This document shows positions 39,488 to 52,350 of a stretch of DNA of 64,000 nucleotides, one piece after another (within the stretch, counting starts at the first letter, position 1; the number at the start of each line of letters is the position of its first letter). Origin of the DNA: Paecilomyces variotii. Taxonomy: Eukaryota. The notes below the pieces were generated by a model, which was given only the letters and a program-made list of their open reading frames with translations, was not told where the DNA came from and did not search any database. The position numbers and the translations under genes are program-made. The DNA is taken from assembly GCA_004022145.1 (NCBI GenBank), contig RCNU01000001.1, one strand, 5' to 3'.

Positions 39488-39940
39488 AGCGGCCGGTCGC
39501 TTCAGGAAAGCGAGTCCGTCATGCACCAAAAGATTCCACAGAAACGATCACTCTAGAGCAATCTGTTGAGGGGCGCCTTGGTTGTCGAAGATGTCTCGAT
39601 TGTGACAGAGTCTTGTTCGGTGGGTACATTACGCTCCGCCCGCTTTACGAACAAGATGCGCGGCGGGAAGTCTACAGTAGGCGGTTCTGCTATTTAGCAC
39701 TCCGGGAGCTCGGGGACTTCCCCACGCGAGACACAACAGGTCCATGGCTTGTTTTCAAGCCACGCCACGGGCTTGAATTCGTGGCAAAGGAAATAATGGA
39801 CATGATGAATGAACAGAATGCTATCTCTATTGTACCTAACTCCATGACATATCTTCACATTGTGAGGCTCAAGTCCAAAGTTACAAACATCGCACTCATT
39901 TGCCAATGACGCCCATGCCCAACAACCAGGACTATGGAAT

Positions 39941-40776
39941 CTAAAGGACACCACTACCGGCCGATAGTCTTCGGCTCTTTTCATACAACCATTTATTACT
40001 GACACCCAAGCTCGAGCGTTTGCGTTCAACCGGAGATGGAGTTGCAGGAGCCCTGCTAAACGTCGAGTCCCCGAAGAGCGAACTGGAGCCCAAGGAAGAG
40101 GACGACCCGATACTCGATCTGCGTCCATTTTCTCTGCTTCCATTTGTAACCGCTTTTTGGAACAGTGGGCTTGGAGTAGGCGAGAAAGAAGGGCCAGTGG
40201 AATTCCTCCCAGAGACTGTACCGTTGGCCGATAGAGGCGAGGTACTCCGGCTTGCAGGGCTAGCTTGACGAGAGCCAGCAGATAGACGATATCGTGGAGG
40301 TGTAACATACTCGGTGCCGGCAGTAGCAGGAGGTGTCGCGGTGGGATCGAGGCCAAGCAGGGCACGTTGTGTTGGCGTCAACGGGATATCCGAGAGATCG
40401 TCTTTCGGTCCAAAGAGTGGGTATAATGCAATGAGGATGTTCATGACGAAGAAAAGCCGTAGCACCAGAAGAGAAATTTCTGGGTATGTTTGGAGACTCA
40501 AGAGCTTCTGCAATCGGAAAGCACTGAAAAGGGTCAGTACGGCGAAGCGCCAGCTGAGCAGGTCACTCACTATGATCTGAAGCTGTCTCCAATGAAGGCA
40601 GTCGCTAAGAGCGCAGCACCATTCCACAGAAGCTTCTTCAGATTGCGATCACTGAATGTAGCGGCATTTTGTCGCCTAACGATCTCATCGAGGCGGGGAT
40701 GACGCCACTTCCCAGGCTCTTGAGACGGTGTCGCTGGCGTTGCTTTTGGCGTCGAGGGAAAAGGAGAAGACGCCAT
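39941..40776 (-). CDS. POM34: Transmembrane nucleoporin Pom34-like
   Basis: Exons 40776-40571 and 40523-39941. Motif PGKWRHPRLDEIVRRQ, two hydrophobic segments, DIPLTPTQRALLGL, S/P-rich tail ending NKWLYEK. Confidence 0.8.
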
Positions 40777-41223
40777 TTGTTGTAGAATAGTTCAATCACA
40801 CAAAAAGCACTGAAATGATGCTGATATGAGCTGGTGTCCCGTTTCCAGAGCTGGCTAGGGGATGCACTCACCTGGAAAGAAAACCTACCGACTTACCTTA
40901 AAAATAGCCTTCTCGAGAATTTTATCACCCGTGCATCAGGGCGACGGCAATCTAGAGCGGGGATGAGAAGACTACGGAGGGCATATGCCCCACGAGATCG
41001 AGGAGAGGCGTGGGTGTTGGATTGTTGTGGTGGTATTCGTCCGGTCACTGGGAGTTCTTCTCACGCGCGCGAGCTTCAGCTTTCCCCTGCCTGTTTCCGT
41101 TAGACGCGGACGCAAGCGCCGACAGGTCGGAGCGCCACTACTTACTCCGCATGTCATCTTCGTGAGCTGGACTTTATCTAGTATTAATTATTACTATCAT
41201 CACAGAGAGGAAGAGTACTAATC

Positions 41224-43101
41224 ATGGCCGCAGAGGAATCGGGCCTGGCGAAGCTCGATGCATTCATAGCAGAGCTTCTGTCTGACTGGAATATTTACTC
41301 TACTCTGATTACTGGTATCATCGTTGCATTTCTGGTCTACGGCCTAGTCTCTTCAAAGGAGCCTGACTGCCATCCATATCTGCTTGCTCGACAGGCAAGT
41401 GAGGCACCTGTGAGGCATCCAGGCGAATCTGCAGCACATCGCAACCTCGAGACACCGTTCGGTTTCCCGCTCAAGACCGGGTTGAACATCAAGGACCCTG
41501 GAGCGCCTAAATGGACTGGCGGACGCAACGGTGACCTGCGCGACATATGGAGAGCTGCTGTGCGCGGCGCCGTCAATGACGACGGATCGGTTTCTGGAAA
41601 GAAGGGCAAGATCTATACGGTATTGGGAAGACACGTCGAGGAACACAGCCTGGACGATATCACACAAGAGATCAATGTTATCGGACAGTACATCAGGGAC
41701 TCAAAGGCTAATACGGTTGTTATATGCCTGTCTGATTCTATTGAACTTTTGGGAGCTATTTTCGGTCAGCCATGATTTCCTTCCTGACGCAATGACTTGT
41801 CGCAGTTGGACTGACAAGCCATGATAGCCGGCGCATTCTACGGATTCAAGACGGTGATCATTCCACACAATCTCCCTTCAGAGGTCCTTACGGAGTATCT
41901 CCAGAAATCTCAGGCAGAACTCTTGATTGCGGAGGCTGGTGCAGTAGATCTCTCGGTGGTAACGAAGGGTAATCAGCAACTTAGCCATGTATTATGGGTA
42001 GCGAAACAGGGCAGCAGACATATGGAGTGGGACCAAGTGCCCGAGGGCATTGGAGGTCGTCTCGAGGTTGCCGTCTGGCATGAACTCATCAAGGATAAGA
42101 AAGGTTCCATCACCTCTGAGCTTCCAGAATGGGAGCCCAAGTCCCCGACGCCGTCCATCACAACTGTTTGGCCGACAGCGTCAGGCGTTGGTGAATTTAT
42201 CGAGTACGAACCAAAGGTATGTGGCTCCAAATTGAATAGTTTCCCACAATATTGACAATACACAGAATCTTGTATCCGCCGTTGGAGCGCTTATTTCTGC
42301 GCTGCCTCGCAACCAGCGTCTGACATCTGACGACCTTCTGCTCTCGATAGATTCCCTGTCTCGGTCTTATCCATTGTCCTTAGTGTTGGCGGCTTTGTTC
42401 TCCAATGCTTCCATAGCTCTTAACTCCGTTGCTGGAGAGGGCGTCGATTTCGCTCTCGCAACCGTGGGAGTCTCACCCACAGCGATTGTTGCCTCGTCCC
42501 GGACTATGTCTGAGTACCACAAGAAGTTCATGGAACCTCACACTGGCATCATCTCCAAGATTAGCAGATGGTTCCAGGCGCGCAGTCTCGATGCCGGCAC
42601 TATGCCCAGCTCGAATCTACTTACCAAGCTTGCCAACATTGGGCCAACGGCTGAGCTCTCACTTGACAAACTTCGATTGTTGTTCATCTCCCACCGGGCT
42701 GATGCGCCTGGCGAATATTGTCTTTCCTCCGAACAATTAGCTGACCTGAGGATCTTTACTGGGGCCCGAGTTGTATACGCTTTGGCTGGTCCAGGAGTAG
42801 CAGGAGCCATCGCGCAGACGAATGTGTTTGACTACAGACGTCAGGATGGCCTCAGCCACTTCGGTGCTCCGTTGAGCAGCGTCGAGGTCACTTTGAAGGG
42901 CCACCCGGAAGACGCAGGGCTCGAGAGAGCTGTCGAGGGACAGGTAAGAATCTCATTTCCAAGATTATGACAATTCTCGAGTTGATACTTACTGGGCCCT
43001 TCTAGATTGCTGTTGCTGGTCCCGCAGTCGTGTCTGGGAAAACGACTATGCCAGCGTCTGGACGTTTCGGAGATGACAACACACTGCACCTAAGTGCATA
43101 G
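41224..43101 (+). CDS. Membrane-anchored acyl-CoA synthetase (ANL)-like protein with degenerate catalytic motifs
   Basis: Exons 41224-41764, 41828-42216, 42266-42943, 43006-43101. N-terminal TM segment. Motif order resembles long-chain acyl-CoA synthetases (NLVSAV; HFGAPLSSVEVTL; GQIAVAGPAV; GRFGDDNTL). Confidence 0.75.
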
Positions 43102-43474
43102 GGCTGTTTTGATACGTAGCGTAGGCTGAACAGTCAACGATTATGATCTCATGTAGTCAAAAGTTTCTCTACTATATATGGAATCTCCTCGTTGGGATGT
43201 GGTGAATATAGCCTCACTCTGTAAGCATGGTATTGGCGCGCCTGAAATCCGTATCCTATTCTCAGAGTAGACCTACGCACAAGTCATCCTTTGGCACGCC
43301 TTCATTTACTAAAGACGTGTTCTGGCAGGGCACAAATGAAATATCTATATCTCGAATCTCTTTGCTTTAGACGACCCTCGCTGTTGAACTGAAGTAATGT
43401 ACAAAAGGGGGTTAGGTTATCGTAATCAACACAATGACGAAAAATATAGAACCGGAAGCCTCGTGCTTTATCCT

Positions 43475-44614
43475 TTAAAAGAACTGAAGCAGCTGCTTGT
43501 AACCCTCAGTGGGGCGCTCCTTGACCTTCTCAGGAGCATTCTTCTTCTGCTTCGTGATCAACTTGCTCAATTTATCCGCCCGGTCCTTCAGCTCCGAGCT
43601 GAGGGCCTTGTTGCTGGCAATGCCGTTCACCTGCAGAGCCAACTTGATTCCGTTGTAGATGGGAATGTTCTGCTGGAGCATGTCCTCGATGTTGTACCAG
43701 TTAGTGATCTCGGCGTCGAAAGAGCCGAGCGGCCACGTCGCCAACAGTCTTCGTGCGTAGGAGGCAACTTGGTCGCCCTCATCACGACCTTCGAACTCAT
43801 TGAGAGCACGAGCAGCACTCAGCTCGAGAAGCACACCGATCACGGCCGGCCGTCGTCTCGGGTCCTTCGCGATGTCGTGTTCAACGTGCTCCGGAGCCTC
43901 CATCAGCTGGACTGCTTGTTGAGCCAGGCTCAATGCCTTGGTAGTGGCCGGTCCCTTGAAATCCGCCGCCTGAGCCTTCTTGTGCAATCCGTAGAAGTAC
44001 TTGCCCGCAACGCCAGCATCGTTCAGACGCAGACCCGTCTTCTCCGACTGCTTCGCACATTCCAGCATGATTCCCAGAGCGTCCGCCTCAGCGGCCTTGC
44101 GCATCAGCCATTCCCAGCGGTCATTATCGAGATAACGCTTTGCCGTCCGCAATCCAATCAGGAAGGGGATGATGTTCTGCCAGTCCTTGGTCGTCTTCAT
44201 CAACTTCACAACGTCCGAGATCTCAACCTTGCGAGGTCGCGTCATGTGGTCCATCGGGCGGAGAAGGAATTGCTCATTGTCACCGATCGTAACTGCGACG
44301 GGTTCCTCTTCGAGTCGACCGGAGTATTTTTGTCGGAAAATCAACTTTCTCTGTTGGATACCCAGGGAGAAGGGCACGAAGAGCTCTTCGCGAAACCGGT
44401 GCAAGGCTTGGTCGAGTTCGGCAGAGGATGTTTGAGAAAAGGAAGGGATAGCTTTCAGATAATTGCAACATTAGCAATGACCCATATTGAAGGATGACTA
44501 TGATCACAACACACCATTTTTTGAGTAGCTGCGCGTCTGTCTGAACGGCGAGCTTACCGACTGCCGGAGACAACTCTGGCAGCGGAAAAGCCTGCCCACG
44601 GCGCTTTGCGCCAT
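43475..44614 (-). CDS. Conserved hypothetical mitochondrial protein (helical)
   Basis: Exons 44614-44515 and 44451-43475. Presequence-like MAQSAVGRLFRCQSCLRQSVSSPFRQTRSYS. Codon-biased 309-aa core ORF. Divergent from IMG1. Confidence 0.8.
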
Positions 44615-44894
44615 TCTGAACTCGAACTCAAGAGGACCTCGTCGTTTCTCAACGAAAAGATCTCTCCGGAAACCCCCGCGAATTGTAAGCGGGCGTAGTA
44701 AGAACAGCTGCGGAGTTCTTGATGCTGCTGGTCAAAAAAGTTCCCGCATCCCAGCTGGACGGCGAAGCAAAGAGTATTGCCCGAACAGGCAACTCCAGGC
44801 TTGGCGGAAATTCTGTCGGACGCTCGGACCAGGAAGACCGATTGATCTCCAGACGAACTCACGGGAATATCTGCATCTCGACCACTTCACAGCT

Positions 44895-45803
44895 ATGGCG
44901 GCTCCGTTTTCTGTGATGCGGCCGCTGAGCTGCCTGCAGTCTGTCTCGCGCAAGCTCGTGCAGCCACAGATCTGTCGGCGAGCGTTGACCACCATCTATT
45001 CCGCGAAGCCGGAGCAGACGCCGATTCCTGAGAAGCTGCCACAGGCTTTCTTGTCCCAGCTGCCGGCTCGTTTTAGACCGGATAAGAGTATGTCTATTTA
45101 TTGATCTTATTGCTGTGTTGATTGAGGATATGCTGCTTTGATTGCGCTCACTTTCGTTGTGATATCCTGGCATAAACACTGCTGACACCTTCTGGTACAG
45201 ACAAGAAGAAGCTGAAAGTCATCGCACCTCCCCCAAGCGCCCTTAAAACATGCAAAGATCCCATTTCAGTCATCCAACAATCCCAGCTTGATGTGCTTGA
45301 CCCGACCGGTGAGCGCAAGGCTCTTTTCGACTACCGACGAAACCCCAGAAGTGTCAAGGTTGGCGATATTCTGCGCGTTACCTTCCGGAGCGGCGACCCC
45401 TTCTCGGGTGTGTGTCTGAACATCCGATCAAGAGGCATTGATACCTCATTCCTACTGCGTAACAACCTTACCAGAGTGGGAGTGGAGATGTGGATTAAGG
45501 TCTTCAGTCCGAACGTGGAGAGTGTGGAGATTGTACAGAGGACGGAGAAGAGGAAGAGAAGAGCCAGGCTCTACTACATGAGGTATGTTTCTTTGGGGGC
45601 ATTTTGGCGTGTCCACGAGTTCATACTGGCTACTATGGACTCCTCCTTTGCGGGTATGGTGAAGGCACAGACTAACGCATTACTACAGGCAAGCCAAGCA
45701 CGACATGGGTACCGTCGAGAACATTGTGCGCAACTACCTCCGACAGAAGTCTGCTCTGACCGGTCAGCGTACGACTGGTCAGCGCACCGGCGGCCGCTCA
45801 TAG
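44895..45803 (+). CDS. IMG1: Mitochondrial large-subunit ribosomal protein bL19m (Img1)
   Basis: Exons 44895-45087, 45201-45582, 45689-45803. L19 motifs VGDILRV, GVCLNIRSRG, FLLRN, GVEMWIKVFSP and RRARLYYMR. Confidence 0.93.
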
Positions 45804-46733
45804 AACTTATCTGACCTATTTATGCTCCCATGTGATAACATCTTTTGCGTGAATGTTGTACAACTATCAATATCGGTCCTGGCGACGAGGGTCGGCATTT
45901 CCATTTTGTATTTTATCCCTTGAAGACCCCATAACTCATGCCAGTAAGGCTTCCTGCATTGCTATATTCTATGACAAGCAGCATACATTATCTTTCAAAG
46001 CGATTTAAACGGTCCGCTCCACCTGGTAGACAGCAACTCTATCGTGGCACTAACTACTCATCACTGCTCATTACTAAAGGTGGACATTAGTAAGTACTAC
46101 GAAGTCGTAACTGAGGATTTCCTTAGATGGACGTCATCCCGTCGTTATCCGCTTCGGTCCCAGGGCACACCGTTACTGCTATGACAAGATGACCGTGAAG
46201 TACAGACAGTCTTATCGGATCCAACATCAGAACCCGACTTAGAATAGTTACCATTTGCGCCCATACCCTCCCCCAAGAGCCAAGCAAATTCAAGCAAATT
46301 CAGGATAGGTCAACAGGACAAAAGATAAAATACATTTGATTTCATTCGCCCGCTCCAGGATAATTCGAGGCTGTTAGATCGACAGACGGGGTTCGCCAAA
46401 GTTGGGGTCGGTCTGCCAAGCTTCATGTCGAGATGATTATCAGCCACGACCTCACGGTGATGTCAGTTCCCTCAACCTGACACAACGTAGAAAGGCTAGG
46501 CGATTGACGTACCCACCGAGCATGGTTCACGTATCCAGGCTTGATGATAAATAGCAGGGCTGCCGGCACGATTAAGTTACATTTCAATTGTTAAATCGAG
46601 ATCTATATTTCTGAACGTATCCAGTAAGTACATGTTGATTTCCGTTCATCAGGCTTAGTGATTAGCTACTCGGATGTAGCTAAATACTCTCTCACTACAG
46701 ACAGCTCCCAAAGTCCCAATTGCTTAGTCCAAA

Positions 46734-48326
46734 ATGGCAACGTCGCAGGCCGTCTACGGCGTCGAGAAGATTATCGGGAACACTGATGATGCTACCATCA
46801 GAACTGATATAACCAACTATGGCGATCAGGGAGTTGGTGACCCGTCGGGAGCCAAGATGAAGGCCCTGACCTGGCAGGGAAAGAACAACGTCAAGCTAGG
46901 TATGTTTCGTGGTCGATGTTCATATTATATTTTTAATTCCGCATCGCTAATGGATCTAGTTGAAACGGCGAAACCGCGAATTATCGAAGATCGAGATGTC
47001 ATTGTCAAGGTGACCGGTAGCACGATCTGTGGAAGTGATCTGCATCTTTACCATGGTATGCGCTATTATCTTAAAAGTACTGGCTCGTGAATCTGATCAA
47101 CTAATTGTGTCTCGCAGGCGCGATCATCGAGATGACCAAGGGTGATATCCTCGGCCACGAGTTCTGCGGCGTTGTCGAAAGCGTTGGACCGGGAGCGAAG
47201 AATGTCAAGCCTGGAGAGCGCGTCGTAGCATCCTTCCAGATTGCCTGCGGTGAGTGCCGCTACTGCAAGCTGAAGCTCTCCTCAGTTTGTGAGCGTACGA
47301 ACGCGAACAAGATTGCGAATGTAATGTATGGAGGCCGCACAGCTGGTAAGTTAAAACCTCAGATATCACGGTTAGATTGATACTAACTAACGCCGTCATA
47401 GGTATCTTCGGATACTCTCACTTCACTGGAGGTTTTGCTGGTGGCCAAGCAGAATACGTCCGCGTGCCATATGGCGATGTTAACCTGCTTAAGCTTCCTG
47501 ATGATGTCCCTGACGAAAAAGGTCTCTACCTTTCCGACGTTCTCTGCACGTCGTGGCATTGTGTCACCGACACGGGCGTCAACCCGGGAGATGTAGTCGC
47601 GATCTGGGGTGGTGGTCCTATCGGCCAGATGTGCGCCGAGTTTGCTTTCTTCAACGGCGCCAGCCGTGTCATTTTGATTGATGGTGGAGAAGGAGCATGG
47701 CGCCTAGACTGGCTCAAGACAAAGATGCCCAAGCTCGAGACGGTTGATTTCACGAAGCTCCCCAAGGGAGAATCGGTCACCTCGCAGCTGAAGAAGATGG
47801 TCGATGGAGGCCCAGACGTCTGCCTTGAGTGTGCCGCTGGTGAATATGCCAAGGGATGGGCTCACTACTTCGAGACGCTGCTCGGTTTTGAGACAGATAC
47901 CTCTGAACTCCTGAATGAGATGATCACTTCCGTCAAGTCTTTTGGCCGTGTCGGAGTTACTGGAGTGTACGCCGGTTACGTACGTATACACCATTTTTTC
48001 CTTCCTTTCGAATTACATGCCATGACACATACTAACTCCACCACCAGACCAACCACTTCAACATCGGCGCTCTGATGCAGACCGGTATCCGTTTGATTGG
48101 TAACGGCCAGGCCCCCGTTCACAAGCACTGGAACCACCTCCTGCAACTTATCCGCGAGGACAAGATCCACCCTCTTGACATGGTCAGTCACCGAGTCAGG
48201 CTCGAGGACATGGAGAAGGTCTACGAACTCTTCAACAAGCGCGAGAAGGGCTTCCAGAAGATGTTCGTCCAGACGAAGTACTCGGCTCCTCCTTGTCCCG
48301 GAGCTCCGCAGTTGACGAATCTGTGA
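46734..48326 (+). CDS. Zinc-dependent medium-chain dehydrogenase (formaldehyde dehydrogenase-like)
   Basis: Exons 46734-46899, 46960-47055, 47118-47345, 47402-47979, 48048-48326. Motifs ICGSDLH, GHEFCG, CGECRYC..C, GGQAEYVRVP and GGGPIG. Likely 5'-UTR intron at ~46624-46700. Confidence 0.93.
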
Positions 48327-49037
48327 GCGCCTTAAAACAGAAAAGAGAGAGAAACAAAAAGAAAAAGCCAACTCGCACCACACGTGCAGTTAAAGTACGA
48401 TACGATACTATTATCGTACTCCCCAGATTGGTCGCTCTGTCTTTTGAATAATTGTATTATTACTCTAATAATCCCGAATGATGAGGAATGATGAATGATG
48501 AAGCATGTCGACTGGTGTATTGAGCGAGAATTTAAGGAGTCATGGAGTGAGTTGTGTGGTATGGTGCGTCAAGAGAGATATATGGGGGGTGTTTATCAGA
48601 GACGAAAAAAAAGTGAGATGTTGTGATGATGACTTGAGAGAAATATGGGGGGAGTTGTTTTGGCGATGGGGAAGATTCAATACGCTTAGGTTGTAGGCGT
48701 TTTACTACTTTCCTTTTATTATGATAATTTGGCATAATTTGACAAGACGAGACAAGACAATCCTTAATTTATAAAATTGACTATCATTTGACAATGGAAT
48801 CTTTCGTGATGTTGGTATAGGTTCCTTTCATGTCTAGATGTCTTTCCAAGATGAGAAAGCAGGAAAGCAATAATTAATGTATGAAAATGTCATTTGAAAA
48901 GGGCCGGAATTCAGCAGCTAAGATAATTCAACCAGTCTCCTGTGCTCGAGGACAGAGCCACGATTACGAGGAGGGGAAAAAGACAAAAGAAAGCAGTTCT
49001 TCGCGGTTTATCAGACATAGGGAGAATTACAATATAT

Positions 49038-50389
49038 TTACAATTTCGACTTCTTCTTTCCCGTAACGCCAGATACTTCTGTTCCAGAAAGAAGGAAGTC
49101 CGGATACTTCATACCGGATCCTATGGTGCTGGAGGCAATGCGCCATGCAGCGCCGTCCACTGCGAGAGACATTAGTATGCGAAAGCTCGGGTGGATGATA
49201 AAAATGATCCCAGGTTAACTTACCAACAAGAGTCTGTCCGCTAACATAGCTGCCGGCGTCTGAGAATAGATAGACGGTTGCGTCGGCGATGTCTCTGACG
49301 GAACCGAATCTACCAAGAGGCTGTGATCTGGTGATCTGTTCCAGGTCCTGCTCGGGGATCAAGCGGGATGCGCCCTGGATTATATTATTATCAGTATATA
49401 ACACTTGTATTTTCCTTACGATCGAGGATGGAGAATCTTGAGTGACTAACCTCGGTGTTGGCGATAGGGCCGGGCGCGATGATATTCGACGTGACGCCCA
49501 GAGGACCGAACTCGATAGCCGTATTGTTCGATAGAGCATCAACGCCAGCTTTTGCGACAGACACGTGTGTCTGGAATGGAAGCCCGGTGTAATGAAGAGT
49601 AGCACTGACGAAGATGATTCTGCCGCCGGTGCCTTGCGGACTCGGTTTCACTTGGGGGAGAATACGGATTAGCATGAAATGGGATAACAACGATATCGAG
49701 AGATATAATACAATCATCAGAGACGAGACTTACGGGTCTTAGAATCCACTCTGTGCTTTCCTGCAGACTCAACAAGATGTGGGAGAGTAGCCTTCAGAGT
49801 GTTGTAGGAGCCAAGGACGTCAATGTCCATCACGGCCTTGAAAGCATTGACAGAGAGCTGGTTGATCGAAGCAAGAAAATTGCCTGCCGCACCAGCACTG
49901 GAGGTGCATATGGATGTGAGCAAGCATCATAGACAGTAATAACGGAGTAACTAGATATGGGGAAATAGGAGAAAGAAGAGACAAAAGATGGAGTGAAGAG
50001 GACATACATCACGTAGTCAATCCTCCCAAGCTCTTTAACGCAGCGATCAACTGCATCTTTCAGACTCTCGAACTTGCGTACGTCAACAGCTCCGATTCCA
50101 ATGACCTTTGCACCCGGTCTCACTGCGGCAATGTCCTTGGCTGCTCGCTCGGTCTTCTCGACATTTCTACCGACGATGCACGCATCCGCGCCTAGATGAA
50201 CCAACGCGCGAACCTGAGCGCTGCAGATGGTGCCTGCGCCGCCCGTGCAGAAGACGACCTTCTTATCTGCAAATACTATGTTAGAGGCTGTCCTGCAGGG
50301 ATCACGTTTCTCATCTATGGGTCCGATTCCGTACTAAAGATGCCGTCCTTCCAGGTGTCACTGACATACTCCGACTTCGACAGAGTCAT
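49038..50389 (-). CDS. SPS19: Peroxisomal 2,4-dienoyl-CoA reductase (SDR) with PTS1
   Basis: Six exons: 50389-50335, 50266-50008, 49897-49734, 49650-49451, 49374-49224, 49159-49038. Motifs [38 protein letters not shown] and SGQTLVVDG; ends KKKSKL. Confidence 0.93.
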
Positions 50390-50584
50390 GGTTGCGTTGT
50401 GTTGCGTTGCGTATATGTATGCTGGTGGGCAAGGTACACAGTGGTAGTGAGACTGCGATAGAGACTATCATACAGGGGGGATAAATTGAATGATGAAAGT
50501 CAGCATGGGATAAGTTAAGGTAGAAGCTAACTGGGGAGGAATAATAGCTTAATACTTACATGTTCCAGCTCACGTCCCCTCACG

Positions 50585-50600
50585 AGATGCCGCGGCATCT
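50585..50600. promoter_or_regulatory. Perfect 16-bp palindrome AGATGCCGCGGCATCT in the SPS19/ATG33 divergent promoter
   Basis: Read directly. Contains a CCG-CGG core of the kind bound by Zn2Cys6 factors. Confidence 0.45.
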
Positions 50601-51067
50601 TTTCTTCTTGTGAGCTTCTTCGGCACATCCCCAATCGGTTACACCAGTTAGGATTATCTGCTAAATATTGCTAAATAATACCTTATTTCTGTAGATTGTA
50701 ACTGGTCTTGATTACTATCTGATTATCATAGCCACGGAGGGTTGCAATCGGACCGCCCATCATTGGCCGAACGCGCGCTGGCCACAACTCCGAATGATTC
50801 CTTCCAGCGCACAAAGAAGACGTCACATCCATCTTGTCCCGCGGTGATCCTGCATTGGTACTCTTCTCGTGCAACTGAAGTCTGCCTGTTTCGGAGACAC
50901 AGCTATCGAGTTTACTGTCTTGTCTTGGGGTCAACGGCTATCTTCAAGGCAATTGTTACCCTGGTCTTCCGGGTCAATACTTAGCTCGCGCGTGGCATAC
51001 TTAGGCGCATCGGCAACCGGTTCTACCTAGCCCAGTGTCGCAGATCGTTAAGAGTACGACAAGCAAG

Positions 51068-51792
51068 ATGGCCTGCCCGATCACGGTCACGAAGTTCGTC
51101 GGAACAGTGTCTCTGGGACTCTTGACGGTATGTACGCGCTGCTTTCTGGCCTCTCTGCCGACCGGACTCGATGTTTTGCTCCCAGGGAATCTTCTCCGCA
51201 TCGCCGGTTCTACTCGCGCATTCTCAATGAATGAATACGCTCTGGATTAATCGATTGTTCGAGCGTGGCTGACAGATGTGAAAAACAGGGCCTGTCATAT
51301 TCGACTGCCTCTATCACCATTCCTTCCTTGAGACTCCTTCCCACCGCTCCGGATGCCACTCGCGCTCTGAGGGAGGTTAAGCGTCGCACCCGCAAGCACG
51401 CTCTTCAGCTCTCGAACTTGACCAATGGCTGTATCCTCTTCGCTTATTGTCTTTCGTCCAAGCGACGCAAGCATCCCTACTTGATATGGATGGTTCTCAC
51501 CTCCAGTATTGGCTCTTTCGGAATGGACTTTCTGTTCAACCGTAGCAAAGGTTTCGTGGGCTGGGCCCAGATGGTCGTTGAGGACCTTGGAGTGCCAGCT
51601 CTTGCAGGAAAGAAGAAGGCAACGACAAAGAAGGAGGACGACCTGGTCGTTGTTGAGCCCGCATCGGAAGTGAATGGTGAGACCGTCGAGCAGGAGATGG
51701 AGCAGGAGCGCAAGCTGCAGCGCGCTCGAGCCTGGCTGTCAGGCCTTGCTCTTGCCATGGGCATTGTTGGACTATGGGGTGACGGTGCCTAA
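51068..51792 (+). CDS. ATG33: Atg33/Scm4-like mitochondrial outer-membrane protein
   Basis: Exons 51068-51127 and 51289-51792. Motifs TKFVGTVSLGLLTGLSY, RRKHPYL, VNGETV and C-terminal MGIVGLWGDGA. Confidence 0.8.
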
Positions 51793-52350
51793 TTACCATA
51801 CGTCAAATCCAAGTCTTCTGTCCCTAATATTCGAAGGCACGCCAACGCCTCGTGGGACTGGATCGAATTTGGAGCATGGAATATTGTGGTTTTACAAGGC
51901 TGCACGGCTACACGGCGTTAACGGCACTTCCGTATTTACAGCCATCTGAAAGGGCCCAAGATACTGCATTTGTTTACTTTCTGCACACGCCATACTTCTC
52001 TACTCATATATAGTCTACTCATGTAGTCTAGTCTCCTTGTATCGCTCTTTTTGGATCTTTCTTGAGGATTATGTTCCGGTGGATCTGTATATTGTCAAGA
52101 GGTCATCATTGACCTGGGAGCTTTCGGTGTCTCGGTTAGATTCTGCGCTGTCAACATACGGGATATTTGTTACCTTTTTTCTAGCGTCGACTATTTCATA
52201 AGTAGGCATGCGTTATCTATTTAGTGAAGCTCCCTTGCATTTCTCTCCAGGACATATACAAACTTATTCCGACTCACTATGCTGGGGTCTTATCCGGTTA
52301 TGGGCATTATCATACTTGCTTATTTATGGCCAGCTTCGTCGTCCTCGCCT

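Noticed and set aside
43397-44497. 366-aa plus-strand ORF
   Set aside because: Antisense shadow of the codon-biased minus-strand mitochondrial gene; L/R/V-rich composition with no domain.
48394-48420. 9-bp hairpin AGTACGATA/TATCGTACT in the dehydrogenase 3' UTR
   Set aside because: A single short inverted repeat of this length is expected by chance in 64 kb; no supporting context.
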